Source of the DNA: Bacteroidia bacterium
Lineage (GTDB): Bacteria; Bacteroidota; Bacteroidia; NS11-12g; UBA955
DNA: 64,000 nt
Assembly: GCA_044377005.1 (NCBI GenBank)
Contig: JBILJV010000002.1
Location: 13,176-77,175, forward strand
Reading direction: 5' to 3'
The position numbers were made by a program, and so were the translations under genes. Below the pieces are notes generated by a model, which saw only the letters and a program-made list of their open reading frames with translations, searched no databases and was not told where the DNA came from. The number at the start of each line of letters is the position of its first letter. The stretch's first letter is position 1. Below are positions 15,965-25,456 of this stretch, piece by piece.

Positions 15965-18592
15965 TTAAAAACTAAGGTTTTGAGCTGCTTCAATAGCGCT
16001 TGGAATACCGCTCAATAGTTTACCTCCCGCAGTTGCATAAAAAGCTTGACCACCGCCACCACCTTGAATGTGAGTAGCTAGGTCTTTGATTATTTTTTGG
16101 CAATTGATGTTTTGAGATTGAACTAAATTGTCAGAACAAAATACAGCAAGATTAGGTTTACCGTTTTGTGTAAAGGCAACAATTCCTAAAATGATTTCAT
16201 ATTCTTGACGAAGTTGGAAACAAATATTTTTGATTTGTTCAGCACTGATTTCACCTACATTGGCAGCAACAAATGGAATATTATTTTTAGTTACAATCAA
16301 CTGTTTCAATTGACTTTTTATTTGTTGTCCTTTTTCAACTTCTAAATATTCTAGCTTTTGTGCCAAGTCCTTTTTTTCTTCTATTAATTTGTTTATGGCA
16401 GATTCAATATCCTTAGGTTGACCCAATTGGGTTTTAATTTTATTAATTAAAACCTCATTTTGAAGGTTGAGCTCATCTACTTTTTCGGCGCTAATAGCTT
16501 CTATTCTTCGAACCCCTGCAGCTACAGAGCTTTCAGATAATATTTTAAAAGAACGTATTTGTCCTGTGTTTTTGACGTGAGTTCCACCACAAAGTTCAAC
16601 AGAATATTGATTGTCAAAAGTAATTACTCGGACAGTGTCACCATATTTTTCGCCAAACAAAGCTGTTGCACCTAGTTGTTCTGTCGCAACTTTAATAGGA
16701 ACCATTCTTTGCTCATTTAAGTCAATATTTTCTAGGATTTTGGAATTTACAATAGATTCTATCTCGGTTAATTCCTCATCACTCACTTTGGTAAAATGGT
16801 TAAAATCAAATCTCAAGTATTCGTCATTAACCAAACTTCCTTTTTGAGCTATATGTGAACCTAAAACTTGTTTTAAAGCAGCATGTAATAGGTGAGTAGA
16901 GGAGTGGTTATTGCTTGTAAGTTGTCGTTTTTTAAGGTCAACTTTCACACTAAAACTTTGGGTTTTATTCTCAGGTAACTTATCACACAAATGAACAATA
17001 AGGTCATTCTCTTTTTGAGTATCTAAAATCTTTATTAATTCATCATTGATAATTCCTGACATTAAGCCTTTATCACCAACCTGACCACCACTTTCGCCAT
17101 AAAATGGAGTAACATTAAAAACCAACTGAAATTGTTCTTTGTTTTTAACGGTCATAGTTCTATATTTAACAATTTTTACAGTTGCTTCTGTAAAGTCATA
17201 ACCAATAAATTCTTCGTGATCATCGTCTAATAAATAATGCCAATCGCCAGTGGATTTTTCAGCATCTTTTTGACTTCTTTTTCTTTGTTCGTTTAATAAA
17301 ATTTGAAAACCATCCAAATCAATAGAGATGCCACTTTCTGAACAAATTAATTGAGTTAAATCGATAGGGAAACCAAAAGTATCATACAATTCAAATGCGG
17401 TCTCAGCATTCAGTTGTTGAGGTTGTTTAGCCAAATAAGCAGATATTTTTTCGAGTCCTATTGACAGGGTTTTCAAAAATGTATTTTCTTCTTCTTGAAT
17501 AACTCTTGAAATAAAGGATTCTTGAGCTTTTAATTCCGGAAAAACGGTTCCAAATTCATGGTTCAAAATAGGTAACAATTGGTATACAAAAGGTGTTTTT
17601 ATTCCTAAATAACTGTATCCATATCTGATGGCACGTCTTAGTATCCTTCTTATTACATAACCTGCACCGTTGTTTGATGGAAGCTGACCATCAGCAATGG
17701 TAAATGCAACAGCTCTAACATGGTCAGCTATAACTCTGAATGCAATGTCTTTTTTGGTATCTAATCCTTCGTATTGAAAACCTGTTAGTTTTTCTATTTC
17801 TTTGATTATTGGGGCAAAAATATCCGTGTCATAGTTTGATTTTTTGTCTTGTAACACACGGGTCAATCGTTCAAATCCCATTCCAGTATCTACATGTTGC
17901 GAAGGGAGTTTTTCAAGAGAACCATCGGCTTTGCGGTTAAACTCCATGAAAACATTATTCCATACTTCAATGACCTCAGGATGATCGTTGTTTACTAATA
18001 AGGATCCATTTATAGCCTTTCTATCTTCCTCAGAACGTAAGTCAACGTGTATTTCAGAACAGGGACCGCAGGGTCCTGTGTCGCCCATTTCCCAAAAATT
18101 GTCTTTTTTATTGCCTTTTAGTATTCTTGATGGGTCAATTAATGCAGACCAATATTGGTAAGATTCATTGTCAAATTCTAAACCTTCGCTTTCATCACCT
18201 TCAAAAACGCTAACATAAAGCCTGTTTTTATCAATTTTGTATACTTCAGTTAAAAGTTCCCAACTCCATTCTATGGCCTCTTTTTTAAAGTAATCGCCAA
18301 AACTCCAATTACCCAACATTTCAAATAATGTGTGGTGGTAATGATCTACCCCAACTTCCTCTAAATCATTGTGTTTTCCACTTACACGCAAGCATTTTTG
18401 AGTGTCTGCAATTCTATTGTATGGCGCTCTTTTATTTCCTAGAAAATAATCTTTAAATTGATTCATTCCTGCGTTCGTAAACATTAAAGTTGGGTCGTTT
18501 TTTATAACCACAGGAGCAGAGGGAACAATGTGGTGATTCTTTCTCTCAAAAAAATCTAAAAAAGTCTGTCTTATTTCTTTGGCGCTTAACAT
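15965..18592 (-). CDS. alaS: Alanine--tRNA ligase
   Basis: MLSAKEIRQTFLDFFERKNHHIVPSAPV..., FTNAGMNQFK, and the editing-domain HSSTHLLHAAL. I chose the start at ATG 18592 rather than the 20-codon ORF-track extension. Confidence 0.96.
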   Translation of the reverse strand: MLSAKEIRQTFLDFFERKNHHIVPSAPVVIKNDPTLMFTNAGMNQFKDYFLGNKRAPYNRIADTQKCLRVSGKHNDLEEVGVDHYHHTLFEMLGNWSFGDYFKKEAIEWSWELLTEVYKIDKNRLYVSVFEGDESEGLEFDNESYQYWSALIDPSRILKGNKKDNFWEMGDTGPCGPCSEIHVDLRSEEDRKAINGSLLVNNDHPEVIEVWNNVFMEFNRKADGSLEKLPSQHVDTGMGFERLTRVLQDKKSNYDTDIFAPIIKEIEKLTGFQYEGLDTKKDIAFRVIADHVRAVAFTIADGQLPSNNGAGYVIRRILRRAIRYGYSYLGIKTPFVYQLLPILNHEFGTVFPELKAQESFISRVIQEEENTFLKTLSIGLEKISAYLAKQPQQLNAETAFELYDTFGFPIDLTQLICSESGISIDLDGFQILLNEQRKRSQKDAEKSTGDWHYLLDDDHEEFIGYDFTEATVKIVKYRTMTVKNKEQFQLVFNVTPFYGESGGQVGDKGLMSGIINDELIKILDTQKENDLIVHLCDKLPENKTQSFSVKVDLKKRQLTSNNHSSTHLLHAALKQVLGSHIAQKGSLVNDEYLRFDFNHFTKVSDEELTEIESIVNSKILENIDLNEQRMVPIKVATEQLGATALFGEKYGDTVRVITFDNQYSVELCGGTHVKNTGQIRSFKILSESSVAAGVRRIEAISAEKVDELNLQNEVLINKIKTQLGQPKDIESAINKLIEEKKDLAQKLEYLEVEKGQQIKSQLKQLIVTKNNIPFVAANVGEISAEQIKNICFQLRQEYEIILGIVAFTQNGKPNLAVFCSDNLVQSQNINCQKIIKDLATHIQGGGGGQAFYATAGGKLLSGIPSAIEAAQNLSF

Positions 18593-18613
18593 ACAATTAT
18601 TAAAATATTCTAT

Positions 18614-18621
18614 TATTTTTG
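18614..18621 (+). promoter_or_regulatory. -7 promoter box TATTTTTG (M23 peptidase operon)
   Basis: Matches TAnnTTTG, 52 nt upstream of ATG 18674. Confidence 0.35.
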
Positions 18622-18641
18622 AAAATTCAATTTTAAGGTTG

Positions 18642-18649
18642 CAAAAGTA
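18642..18649 (-). promoter_or_regulatory. -7 promoter box TACTTTTG (alaS)
   Basis: Matches TAnnTTTG on the minus strand, 49 nt upstream of ATG 18592. Confidence 0.4.
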
Positions 18650-18673
18650 CAAAATACATTACAGTAAATAAGC

Positions 18674-19648
18674 ATGGCAAAGACCAAATATTTCTTTAAT
18701 CCCAAAACCCTCAGTTATGAGAAATATAAATTAAGCCGTTGGGTCTTGTTACTCCGTGGTATTGGTGTTTTTTCGTTTTCAATTATTTTGGGTTTTGTTT
18801 TCTTTTTATTGTTCTCTCGCTTTGTCGACTCTCCAAGTGAAAAGAAACTAAAATCGGCTAATTATGATTTATTAGCAGAATTGGAAAGTATCAATTTGCA
18901 GTTAAATATGTTAAACAATGAGCTCAGTAAGCTAAAAGAAAAGGATGTTAATGTTTACCGTTCAATCTATGAAACTGAACCACCTGCGGAAAAAGGATCT
19001 TATGCAGACAATGCAAAAATGCTCGAAAAATATTCAGCGTTAAGAAAATTACCAAATTCGGAATTGTTGGTTGAATTAACCCAGAAATTGGATAAAATTC
19101 AGATGTTATATGCACAACAAAACAAAAGTTTCGATCAATTATTGATGTTAGCAAAAACTAAAAAAGATTTTTTGGCAAGAATTCCTGCCATTCAACCTGT
19201 TGCTAATAAAAAATTAGAAAGAATAGGTTCTGGTTTTGGATACCGTCAGGATCCTTTTTATAGAACCCAACGTTTCCATGCTGGAATTGATTTTACTGCG
19301 GCAAGAGGCGTTGAGGTTTATGCAACAGCAGATGGTGTAATCTCTTTGGTGCAATCAGATATTTGGGGATATGGCAAACACATTCGCATTAACCATGGCA
19401 ATGGATATGAGACTTTGTATGCCCATTTAAGCAAGTTCAGTGTGGCACGTGGGGCCAAAGTAAAACGCGGTCAGTTAATCGGTTTGGTGGGTAGCACAGG
19501 GAAGTCAACTGCCCCTCATTTGCATTATGAAGTGCACAAAAACGGACAACCAATCAATCCAGCTTTTTTCTTTTACAACGATTTAACCAACGAGGAATAC
19601 CAATTGATGTTGGAAAGAGCTTCTGCACCTAATCAATCATTCGACTAA
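18674..19648 (+). CDS. M23-family metallopeptidase (membrane-anchored)
   Basis: N-terminal TM segment, coiled-coil segment, and LytM motifs HAGIDF and GSTGKSTAPHLHYEV. Confidence 0.9.
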   Translation: MAKTKYFFNPKTLSYEKYKLSRWVLLLRGIGVFSFSIILGFVFFLLFSRFVDSPSEKKLKSANYDLLAELESINLQLNMLNNELSKLKEKDVNVYRSIYETEPPAEKGSYADNAKMLEKYSALRKLPNSELLVELTQKLDKIQMLYAQQNKSFDQLLMLAKTKKDFLARIPAIQPVANKKLERIGSGFGYRQDPFYRTQRFHAGIDFTAARGVEVYATADGVISLVQSDIWGYGKHIRINHGNGYETLYAHLSKFSVARGAKVKRGQLIGLVGSTGKSTAPHLHYEVHKNGQPINPAFFFYNDLTNEEYQLMLERASAPNQSFD

Positions 19649-19992
19649 TGCCAAAACTTAAAGATGATACAAATACCCAGAAGTTATATTACAGAATGGG
19701 AGAGGTTTCAAAGCTTATTGGAGTGGCACCTTCTTTACTTAGATTTTGGGAAAAAGAGTTTGATTGCTTAAAAAACATAAATAAAAACAGAAAAGGAGAT
19801 CGTTTATACACTTCTAAAAATATTGAAGATTTAAAGATGATTTTTCATCTTGTTAAAGAGAAAGGCTATACACTCAGTGGAGCTAATGAATACATGGGTG
19901 GATATGTAAATGAAAAGGATAAAAAAATGGAAATCGTAAAAAGTTTGGAGGTTTTGAAAAGGTTTTTTGAAGAATTGAAACAAAATTTATAA
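19648..19992 (+). CDS. MerR-family transcriptional regulator
   Basis: HTH YRMGEVSKLIGVAPSLLRFWEKEF. The start overlaps the M23 stop by 1 nt (TAATG). Confidence 0.85.
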   Translation: MPKLKDDTNTQKLYYRMGEVSKLIGVAPSLLRFWEKEFDCLKNINKNRKGDRLYTSKNIEDLKMIFHLVKEKGYTLSGANEYMGGYVNEKDKKMEIVKSLEVLKRFFEELKQNL

Positions 19993-20028
19993 CTTTGTTG
20001 AATAATAAATAATATAAACAATCATCGT

Positions 20029-20946
20029 ATGGAAATAAAACAAAATGAAAAAGACAAAAAAAGTAAAAGGTATTTACTGATTTTGATTGGTATCTTGGCT
20101 GCATTGAATGTAGGTATTGGATACAATTTATGGAACAAGAATAAAAAACAGGAAGTTCAAATTACCGAATTAACTGCCGATAAAGTTCAGCTTGAAAAAG
20201 ATTTACAAGAAGAAATTGCAAAATTTGAGCAATTAAGTTCTGAAAATCAAGACCTAAAAGGACAATTGCAAGAGCAAAATGCCGCTTTAAATGAAAAAAT
20301 CAATCAAATTAAAGTTCTCCTTAAAAAAGGAAAATTATCTGAAACTGATTACAAAAAAGCAAAATCAGAAATTGCGGAATTAAGAAGTCAAATTGAAAAT
20401 TATAAAGCTGAAATTGATGAATTAAAACGTCAAGTTCAACAGTTGACGGATGAAAATTCTGGTTTAAATCAAGAGTTAGGAACTGAAAGAGCATTAACTG
20501 CCGAACAAGCTAGAACTATAGAATCTAAAAACAGAACAATCAGTTTAGCAAAACGATTAAACGCAGGTTCCATTTCAGCTGTGGGAGTTAGAGAGCGAAA
20601 AGTGTTTGGTAAAAAAGAAGTTGAAACGCTAAAAGCAAACCGTACCGAAGAGGTTAGAGTGAAATTTATTTTGAATAAGAATGAAATTTCGGATGCAGGT
20701 GAAAAAGAAATTTATGTTAAAATTATTGGGCCAGATGGGGCTCCAATTGCTAATAAAGTTCAAACTACCAAAGTAGACGGTACTGAAACTTTGTTCACAG
20801 AAAAGAAAATTATTGACTATCAAAACGAAAAGTTAGAAGCAACTGTTTATTGTAAAAAACAAGGTGATTATCCTAAAGGAACCTACACAATAGAAATATT
20901 TACTGAAGGTTACAAAATTGGAACCACCCAAATGATTTTAAAATAG
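20029..20946 (+). CDS. Membrane-anchored coiled-coil protein with a C-terminal beta-rich domain (hypothetical)
   Basis: TM segment YLLILIGILAALNVGIGY, about 130 aa of heptad-like Q/E/K-rich sequence, then a globular C-terminus. Confidence 0.65.
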   Translation: MEIKQNEKDKKSKRYLLILIGILAALNVGIGYNLWNKNKKQEVQITELTADKVQLEKDLQEEIAKFEQLSSENQDLKGQLQEQNAALNEKINQIKVLLKKGKLSETDYKKAKSEIAELRSQIENYKAEIDELKRQVQQLTDENSGLNQELGTERALTAEQARTIESKNRTISLAKRLNAGSISAVGVRERKVFGKKEVETLKANRTEEVRVKFILNKNEISDAGEKEIYVKIIGPDGAPIANKVQTTKVDGTETLFTEKKIIDYQNEKLEATVYCKKQGDYPKGTYTIEIFTEGYKIGTTQMILK

Positions 20947-20982
20947 TAACTTTTTAGTTCCTAACTGTATGATATCAAACGA

Positions 20983-21954
20983 ATGAATAAAATTGCAGTA
21001 ATGACATCAGGTGGCGATTCACCTGGAATGAATGCCTGTATAAGAGCAGTGGTGAGAACCGCTGCTTTTTACAATAAAGAGGTTTTAGGTATTAAAAGAG
21101 GCTACCAAGGGATGATTGACAATGATATTATTCCACTTTCAGTGAAGGATGTAGCAAATATCATTCAGTATGGTGGTACTATCTTAAAAACCGCAAGAAG
21201 CAAAGAGTTTCATACTCAAGAAGGTCGACTTAAAGCTTTTCATAATTTGCAAAGTGCTGGAGTTGAAGGTTTAGTTTGTATAGGAGGGAATGGAACTTAT
21301 ACAGGTGCTGAAATATTTTACAATGAATTTGGTATTCCAAGTATAGGCGCCCCTGGAACTATAGACAATGATTTATATGGCACCGATTATACCATTGGTT
21401 TTGATACCGCAGCAAATACCGCTTTAGATGCGATTGACAGAATAAGAGATACTGCTGATTCTCACAATAGAGTTTTTTTTATAGAAGTAATGGGCAGAGA
21501 CAGCGGTTTTTTGGCTTTGTACGCAGGTATTGCTGGTGGTGCTGAAGGGATTTTAGTTCCCGAAATATTTACTGACTACGAAGGCTTAAGGCAACATTTT
21601 AATAACCCAGAACGTAGAATAAAGGATTTTAGTATTATTATAGTTGCCGAAGGTGACACCGAGGGTAACGCCTTCGAAGTTGCCGATAAGTTTAAATTAG
21701 AATTTAATCAAGCCGATGTTAGAGTTTCTGTGTTAGGACATATACAAAGAGGAGGGAAGCCAAGTGTAAACGATAGAATATTGGCAAGTAGACTTGGTAG
21801 TTCTGCAGTGGAATGTTTATTAAATGGGGTTAAAAATAGCTGTGTTGGGGTTGTCAATAATGAAATAGTAATAACACCATACAATGAAGCAATAAACAAT
21901 TCAAAATCAATAGATAAAAATTTATGGCGATTGTCACAAATATTAAGTAGTTAA
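20983..21954 (+). CDS. pfkA: ATP-dependent 6-phosphofructokinase
   Basis: TSGGDSPGMNA, IGGNGTYTGA, PGTIDNDL, MGRDSG and GHIQRGG motifs. Confidence 0.95.
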   Translation: MNKIAVMTSGGDSPGMNACIRAVVRTAAFYNKEVLGIKRGYQGMIDNDIIPLSVKDVANIIQYGGTILKTARSKEFHTQEGRLKAFHNLQSAGVEGLVCIGGNGTYTGAEIFYNEFGIPSIGAPGTIDNDLYGTDYTIGFDTAANTALDAIDRIRDTADSHNRVFFIEVMGRDSGFLALYAGIAGGAEGILVPEIFTDYEGLRQHFNNPERRIKDFSIIIVAEGDTEGNAFEVADKFKLEFNQADVRVSVLGHIQRGGKPSVNDRILASRLGSSAVECLLNGVKNSCVGVVNNEIVITPYNEAINNSKSIDKNLWRLSQILSS

Positions 21955-21957
21955 ATA

Positions 21958-23616
21958 ATGCTCAAAAGACTCTCTATTCAAAATTTTGCGATTATAAAAC
22001 AACTTCAAGTCTCATTTCATGAAGGATATAATGTAATTACAGGTGAAACAGGTGCAGGAAAATCAATTTTAATTGATGCACTTGGTCTTATCTTAGGAGA
22101 TCGTGCTGATTTGAAAACACAAATAGACACATCTGAAAAGTGTGTTATTGAAGGAGAGTTTTTAAATGAATCTTGGGGAATAAAAAAAATATTTGAGCAA
22201 CTGGAGTTGGATTATGAATCTACCATTATTATTCGAAGAGAATTCAGTAAACAAGGCAAATCAAGAGCATTTGTGAATGATACTCCTGTATCGGTAGTTC
22301 AACTTAAAAAAGTGGCTGAAAATTTAGTTTCTATTCACTCTCAACATGAAAATATGGTACTGAGTGATGCCGCTTTTCAATTTAATTTATTAGATACTTT
22401 TGCCCAAAATAAAGAGGCTTTAATCACTTACCAAAAAGTGTTTACTTCATTCAAACAAGAGGAAAAAACGCTTATTGAATTGAAGAAAAAACAGTCTGAA
22501 ATGCTCAAAGAAAAAGATTATTTGGCTTTTTTGGTCAATGAATTTGACACTTTACAGTTAAAAGCAGGCGAAGAATCCGAGATTGATAAAGAACTGCAGT
22601 TGTTGAATCATGCTGAACAAATCAAACAAACGGCTGAATACACAGGCGTATCAATTTTAGATTCAGAGCAATCCGTCATGGTGGTTTTAACTGGGGTTAA
22701 GCAGAAATTAAAAGGAATGGCAAGTTACAGTGAAGTTTGTAACACCCTGTACGAAAGGGTTTCATCGGTTATTATTGAATTAAAAGACATTGCCAATGAA
22801 GCAAATGATTTGTTAGAAAAGGTTGGGACAGACCAATCCAGATTAGAGGAGTTAAATGACAGAATGAATGCCATTTATCAGTTAAAAAGAAAACACAATG
22901 TAAGTGATTTTGATGGGCTTTTGTTGGTTTATGAAAACATTGCAACACAGCTCAATGGAATTGGTTCTATAGAGCAACAAATAGCTGAAACTCAGAAGAA
23001 AGTCAATGAAGCTCTAAAAGAAATGTCAAAATTGGCTAAAAACTTACATCAATCCAGAACTAAGTCAGCTTCATTGTTAAAAATAGAAATTGAACATTAT
23101 TTACATCAATTAGAGATGCCTAAATCTGTTGTAATGTTTGAGATAAATGAAACAGAGACCTTTAATGAATTTGGGAACAGCCATTTAGTCATTAAATTTT
23201 CTGCCAATGTTGGTATAGCGCCTCAAGCTTTAGACAAGGTTGCATCGGGTGGTGAATTGAGTCGTTTGGCATTGGCTATCAGAAACATTGAAGCCAAATC
23301 GAACCAATTGGGAACTTTAATTTTTGATGAAATAGACACGGGTGTATCAGGAAAAGTAGCTGCTAATATTGGCTCAATGTTTAAGTCGATTGCAATGCAC
23401 CATCAGTTAATTGCAATTACTCACTTACCACAAGTAGCTGCTTCGGGACAATACCATTATTTTGTAAGTAAGTCTGAGCATGACAATAAAACTTACACTC
23501 AAATACATCAATTAAATAACGTCGAAAGGATAGAGCAATTGGCAAACATGTTAAGTGGCAATGCCATTAGCGAAAGCGCTATGCAAAATGCAAAAGAATT
23601 GTTAAAACAAGCTTAA
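21958..23616 (+). CDS. recN: DNA repair protein RecN
   Basis: Walker A GETGAGKS, long coiled coil, and C-terminal SGGELSRLALA and LIFDEIDTGVSG. Confidence 0.95.
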   Translation: MLKRLSIQNFAIIKQLQVSFHEGYNVITGETGAGKSILIDALGLILGDRADLKTQIDTSEKCVIEGEFLNESWGIKKIFEQLELDYESTIIIRREFSKQGKSRAFVNDTPVSVVQLKKVAENLVSIHSQHENMVLSDAAFQFNLLDTFAQNKEALITYQKVFTSFKQEEKTLIELKKKQSEMLKEKDYLAFLVNEFDTLQLKAGEESEIDKELQLLNHAEQIKQTAEYTGVSILDSEQSVMVVLTGVKQKLKGMASYSEVCNTLYERVSSVIIELKDIANEANDLLEKVGTDQSRLEELNDRMNAIYQLKRKHNVSDFDGLLLVYENIATQLNGIGSIEQQIAETQKKVNEALKEMSKLAKNLHQSRTKSASLLKIEIEHYLHQLEMPKSVVMFEINETETFNEFGNSHLVIKFSANVGIAPQALDKVASGGELSRLALAIRNIEAKSNQLGTLIFDEIDTGVSGKVAANIGSMFKSIAMHHQLIAITHLPQVAASGQYHYFVSKSEHDNKTYTQIHQLNNVERIEQLANMLSGNAISESAMQNAKELLKQA

Positions 23617-23617
23617 A

Positions 23618-24295
23618 TTACCAATTTAATTCAGGCATTGGACTTTGAAATTGATCTATTTTTCCTTCATTTACATGCCAAAATAGAGTGCCAAATTTTT
23701 TGGCAATCTCTAAATCATGGGTTGAGGCAATGATCAGTTTATTTTGATTTTTTGAAATGTTTTTAAGGTTTTCAAAGAGTTGTATTTTAGATGGATAATC
23801 TAAAAATGCACTAGGTTCATCTAAAATGATGATAGAAGTGTTTTGAGATAATGCCCTGGCAATATTCGTTTTTTGCCACTCGCCATCACTGATTTTATTC
23901 AAGGTTTTTTTTCGAATAGGTTCAATACCCATCGTATAAATTGCTTCTTCTACAAAATGGTCGTTTTCTATTTTACCATTGTGATTATAACGCCCCATTT
24001 TTACCAAATCTTCGACAGTAATATAATGTTCCTCAATACGATTGTTGTTAACAATAGCGATGTAGTCTGCACGTTTTTGAATAGATAATTTTGAGAGATT
24101 GGAATTGTTTATTTCAATAATGCCACCAATAGGAGGAATAAAACCCGATAAGTGTTTTAATAATGTAGATTTTCCAACGCCATTTCTTCCACTTAAAATA
24201 AGCAGTTCTCCCAAATTAACCGAGGCATTTAAAGGGTCAATGATAGGTTCTTTATACCCTACAACTAAGTCACTCAATTTTATAAATCCACTCAT
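23618..24295 (-). CDS. ABC transporter ATP-binding protein (iron-chelate/cobalamin FecE/BtuD-like)
   Basis: Walker A GRNGVGKST, divergent signature ISDGEWQK, Walker B IIILDEPSAFLD. There is a 4-nt overlap with the permease gene. Confidence 0.85.
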   Translation of the reverse strand: MSGFIKLSDLVVGYKEPIIDPLNASVNLGELLILSGRNGVGKSTLLKHLSGFIPPIGGIIEINNSNLSKLSIQKRADYIAIVNNNRIEEHYITVEDLVKMGRYNHNGKIENDHFVEEAIYTMGIEPIRKKTLNKISDGEWQKTNIARALSQNTSIIILDEPSAFLDYPSKIQLFENLKNISKNQNKLIIASTHDLEIAKKFGTLFWHVNEGKIDQFQSPMPELNW

Positions 24296-25329
24296 TTTTT
24301 GAAAGAATTAAAAAGGATATAAAGAACAAAAGGTCCGCCTATTAATGATGTAGTTACATTAATAGGGATTTGAAAACCCCAAATATCGAATGAAGATATG
24401 ATATCTCCAATAATGGTCATGGTACTGCCCAATAAGCAATTGGCAATCAATAAGGATTTAAATTGTACGCTTTTAAACAGTATTTTTACCAAGTTGGGAA
24501 CAGCAATACCTACAAATGCGATAGGACCACAAAAAGCAGTGGCAACACCTGTAAGTAGTCCCGTGCAAACCAAAAGTTGGAAGGAGGTTCTGCGAGTGTT
24601 TACGCCCATAGAATTGGCAACTTCATCGCCTAAAACCATAACAGACAGAGGATTCATTAGGAAATAGGCCCATGCCAAACCAATGATAATAGCAATAACT
24701 AATAGAACTAAGTCGGTTCCTATTACTTGATTAAAAGAACCCATACTCCAAAGGCTCAAATTTTTAATTTCCTCGGCAGAAGCTAACGAAATTAAGAGTG
24801 ATTGAAAGGCGCCGGTGATCATACTGATAATAACACCAAACAAAAGTATGATAGATCCATAGCCATATCTTAGGGATAAACTGGAAATAAGGAGAAGTAT
24901 AAGAGTAGCGCCTAAAATACCTGCCAAAGACAAACTAATTTGTCCCAATAGAGGCCAAGTATTAATGCCAAGAACTAAGACAATTGCAACCATTAATGAG
25001 GCTCCTGAACTGACCCCCAATATGTAAGGGCCTGCAAGCTGATTCCTAAACAATTGTTGTAAAATAAAGCCAGAGACGGATAATGCAGAACCAACTAAAA
25101 GTGCCGTAAAAGTTTTGGGTAATCGGTACATTTTTAAAATAAACCAATCGTTTTCAATGATATTAAATGGGTTGATAATTTCAGGCACTATTATCAAACT
25201 TACAGCGGTAAGAGCTACTAAAACAAGTGTTAAAAATAAAAAATTGATATTGATTTTCAATTGAATTCTAAAAGAATACAAAGTAAGTAAAAAAAAATTA
25301 AAAAAGTAGTATAAGATATGCGCAATCAA
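24292..25329 (-). CDS. FecCD-family ABC transporter permease
   Basis: Multi-TM protein with RLPKTFTALLVGSALSVSGFILQQLFRNQLAGPYILGVSSGASL. The exact start is uncertain. Confidence 0.85.
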   Translation of the reverse strand: MIAHILYYFFNFFLLTLYSFRIQLKININFLFLTLVLVALTAVSLIIVPEIINPFNIIENDWFILKMYRLPKTFTALLVGSALSVSGFILQQLFRNQLAGPYILGVSSGASLMVAIVLVLGINTWPLLGQISLSLAGILGATLILLLISSLSLRYGYGSIILLFGVIISMITGAFQSLLISLASAEEIKNLSLWSMGSFNQVIGTDLVLLVIAIIIGLAWAYFLMNPLSVMVLGDEVANSMGVNTRRTSFQLLVCTGLLTGVATAFCGPIAFVGIAVPNLVKILFKSVQFKSLLIANCLLGSTMTIIGDIISSFDIWGFQIPINVTTSLIGGPFVLYILFNSFKK

Positions 25330-25426
25330 TCAATGAAATAACTATTTTGAATTGTGAGTAGGTTGATACTCATATTTTTTTTGTTTTTTTAATTACTTTA
25401 AAGGTTAATTTGTTTTAAATTTTCGT

Positions 25427-25434
25427 TATTTTTG
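25427..25434 (+). promoter_or_regulatory. -7 promoter box TATTTTTG (pckA)
   Basis: Matches TAnnTTTG, 22 nt upstream of ATG 25457. Confidence 0.5.
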
Positions 25435-25456
25435 CCGAAATTTTTTATACATATCA

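Noticed and set aside
15965-18652. N-terminal extensions in the ORF track: alaS to 18652, gcvP to 10419, the TPR protein from 35548, secE from 59252, the lipoprotein to 51787, the 12064 TTG start and the 48401 TTG start.
   Set aside because: The extensions are non-conserved-looking peptides. Several contain the gene's own -7 box or overlap tRNA-Trp. The conserved N-termini begin at the internal ATGs used in the feature list.
23614-23620. Convergent gene pairs with abutting or overlapping stops and no room for terminators: recN/ABC ATPase 1 nt apart, dtxR-like/pyrG 4 nt apart, and ribBA/amidohydrolase overlapping by 3 nt.
   Set aside because: I noted these as possible sites of transcriptional interference. 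Compact convergent ends are common in small AT-rich genomes, and nothing specific can be inferred from sequence alone.
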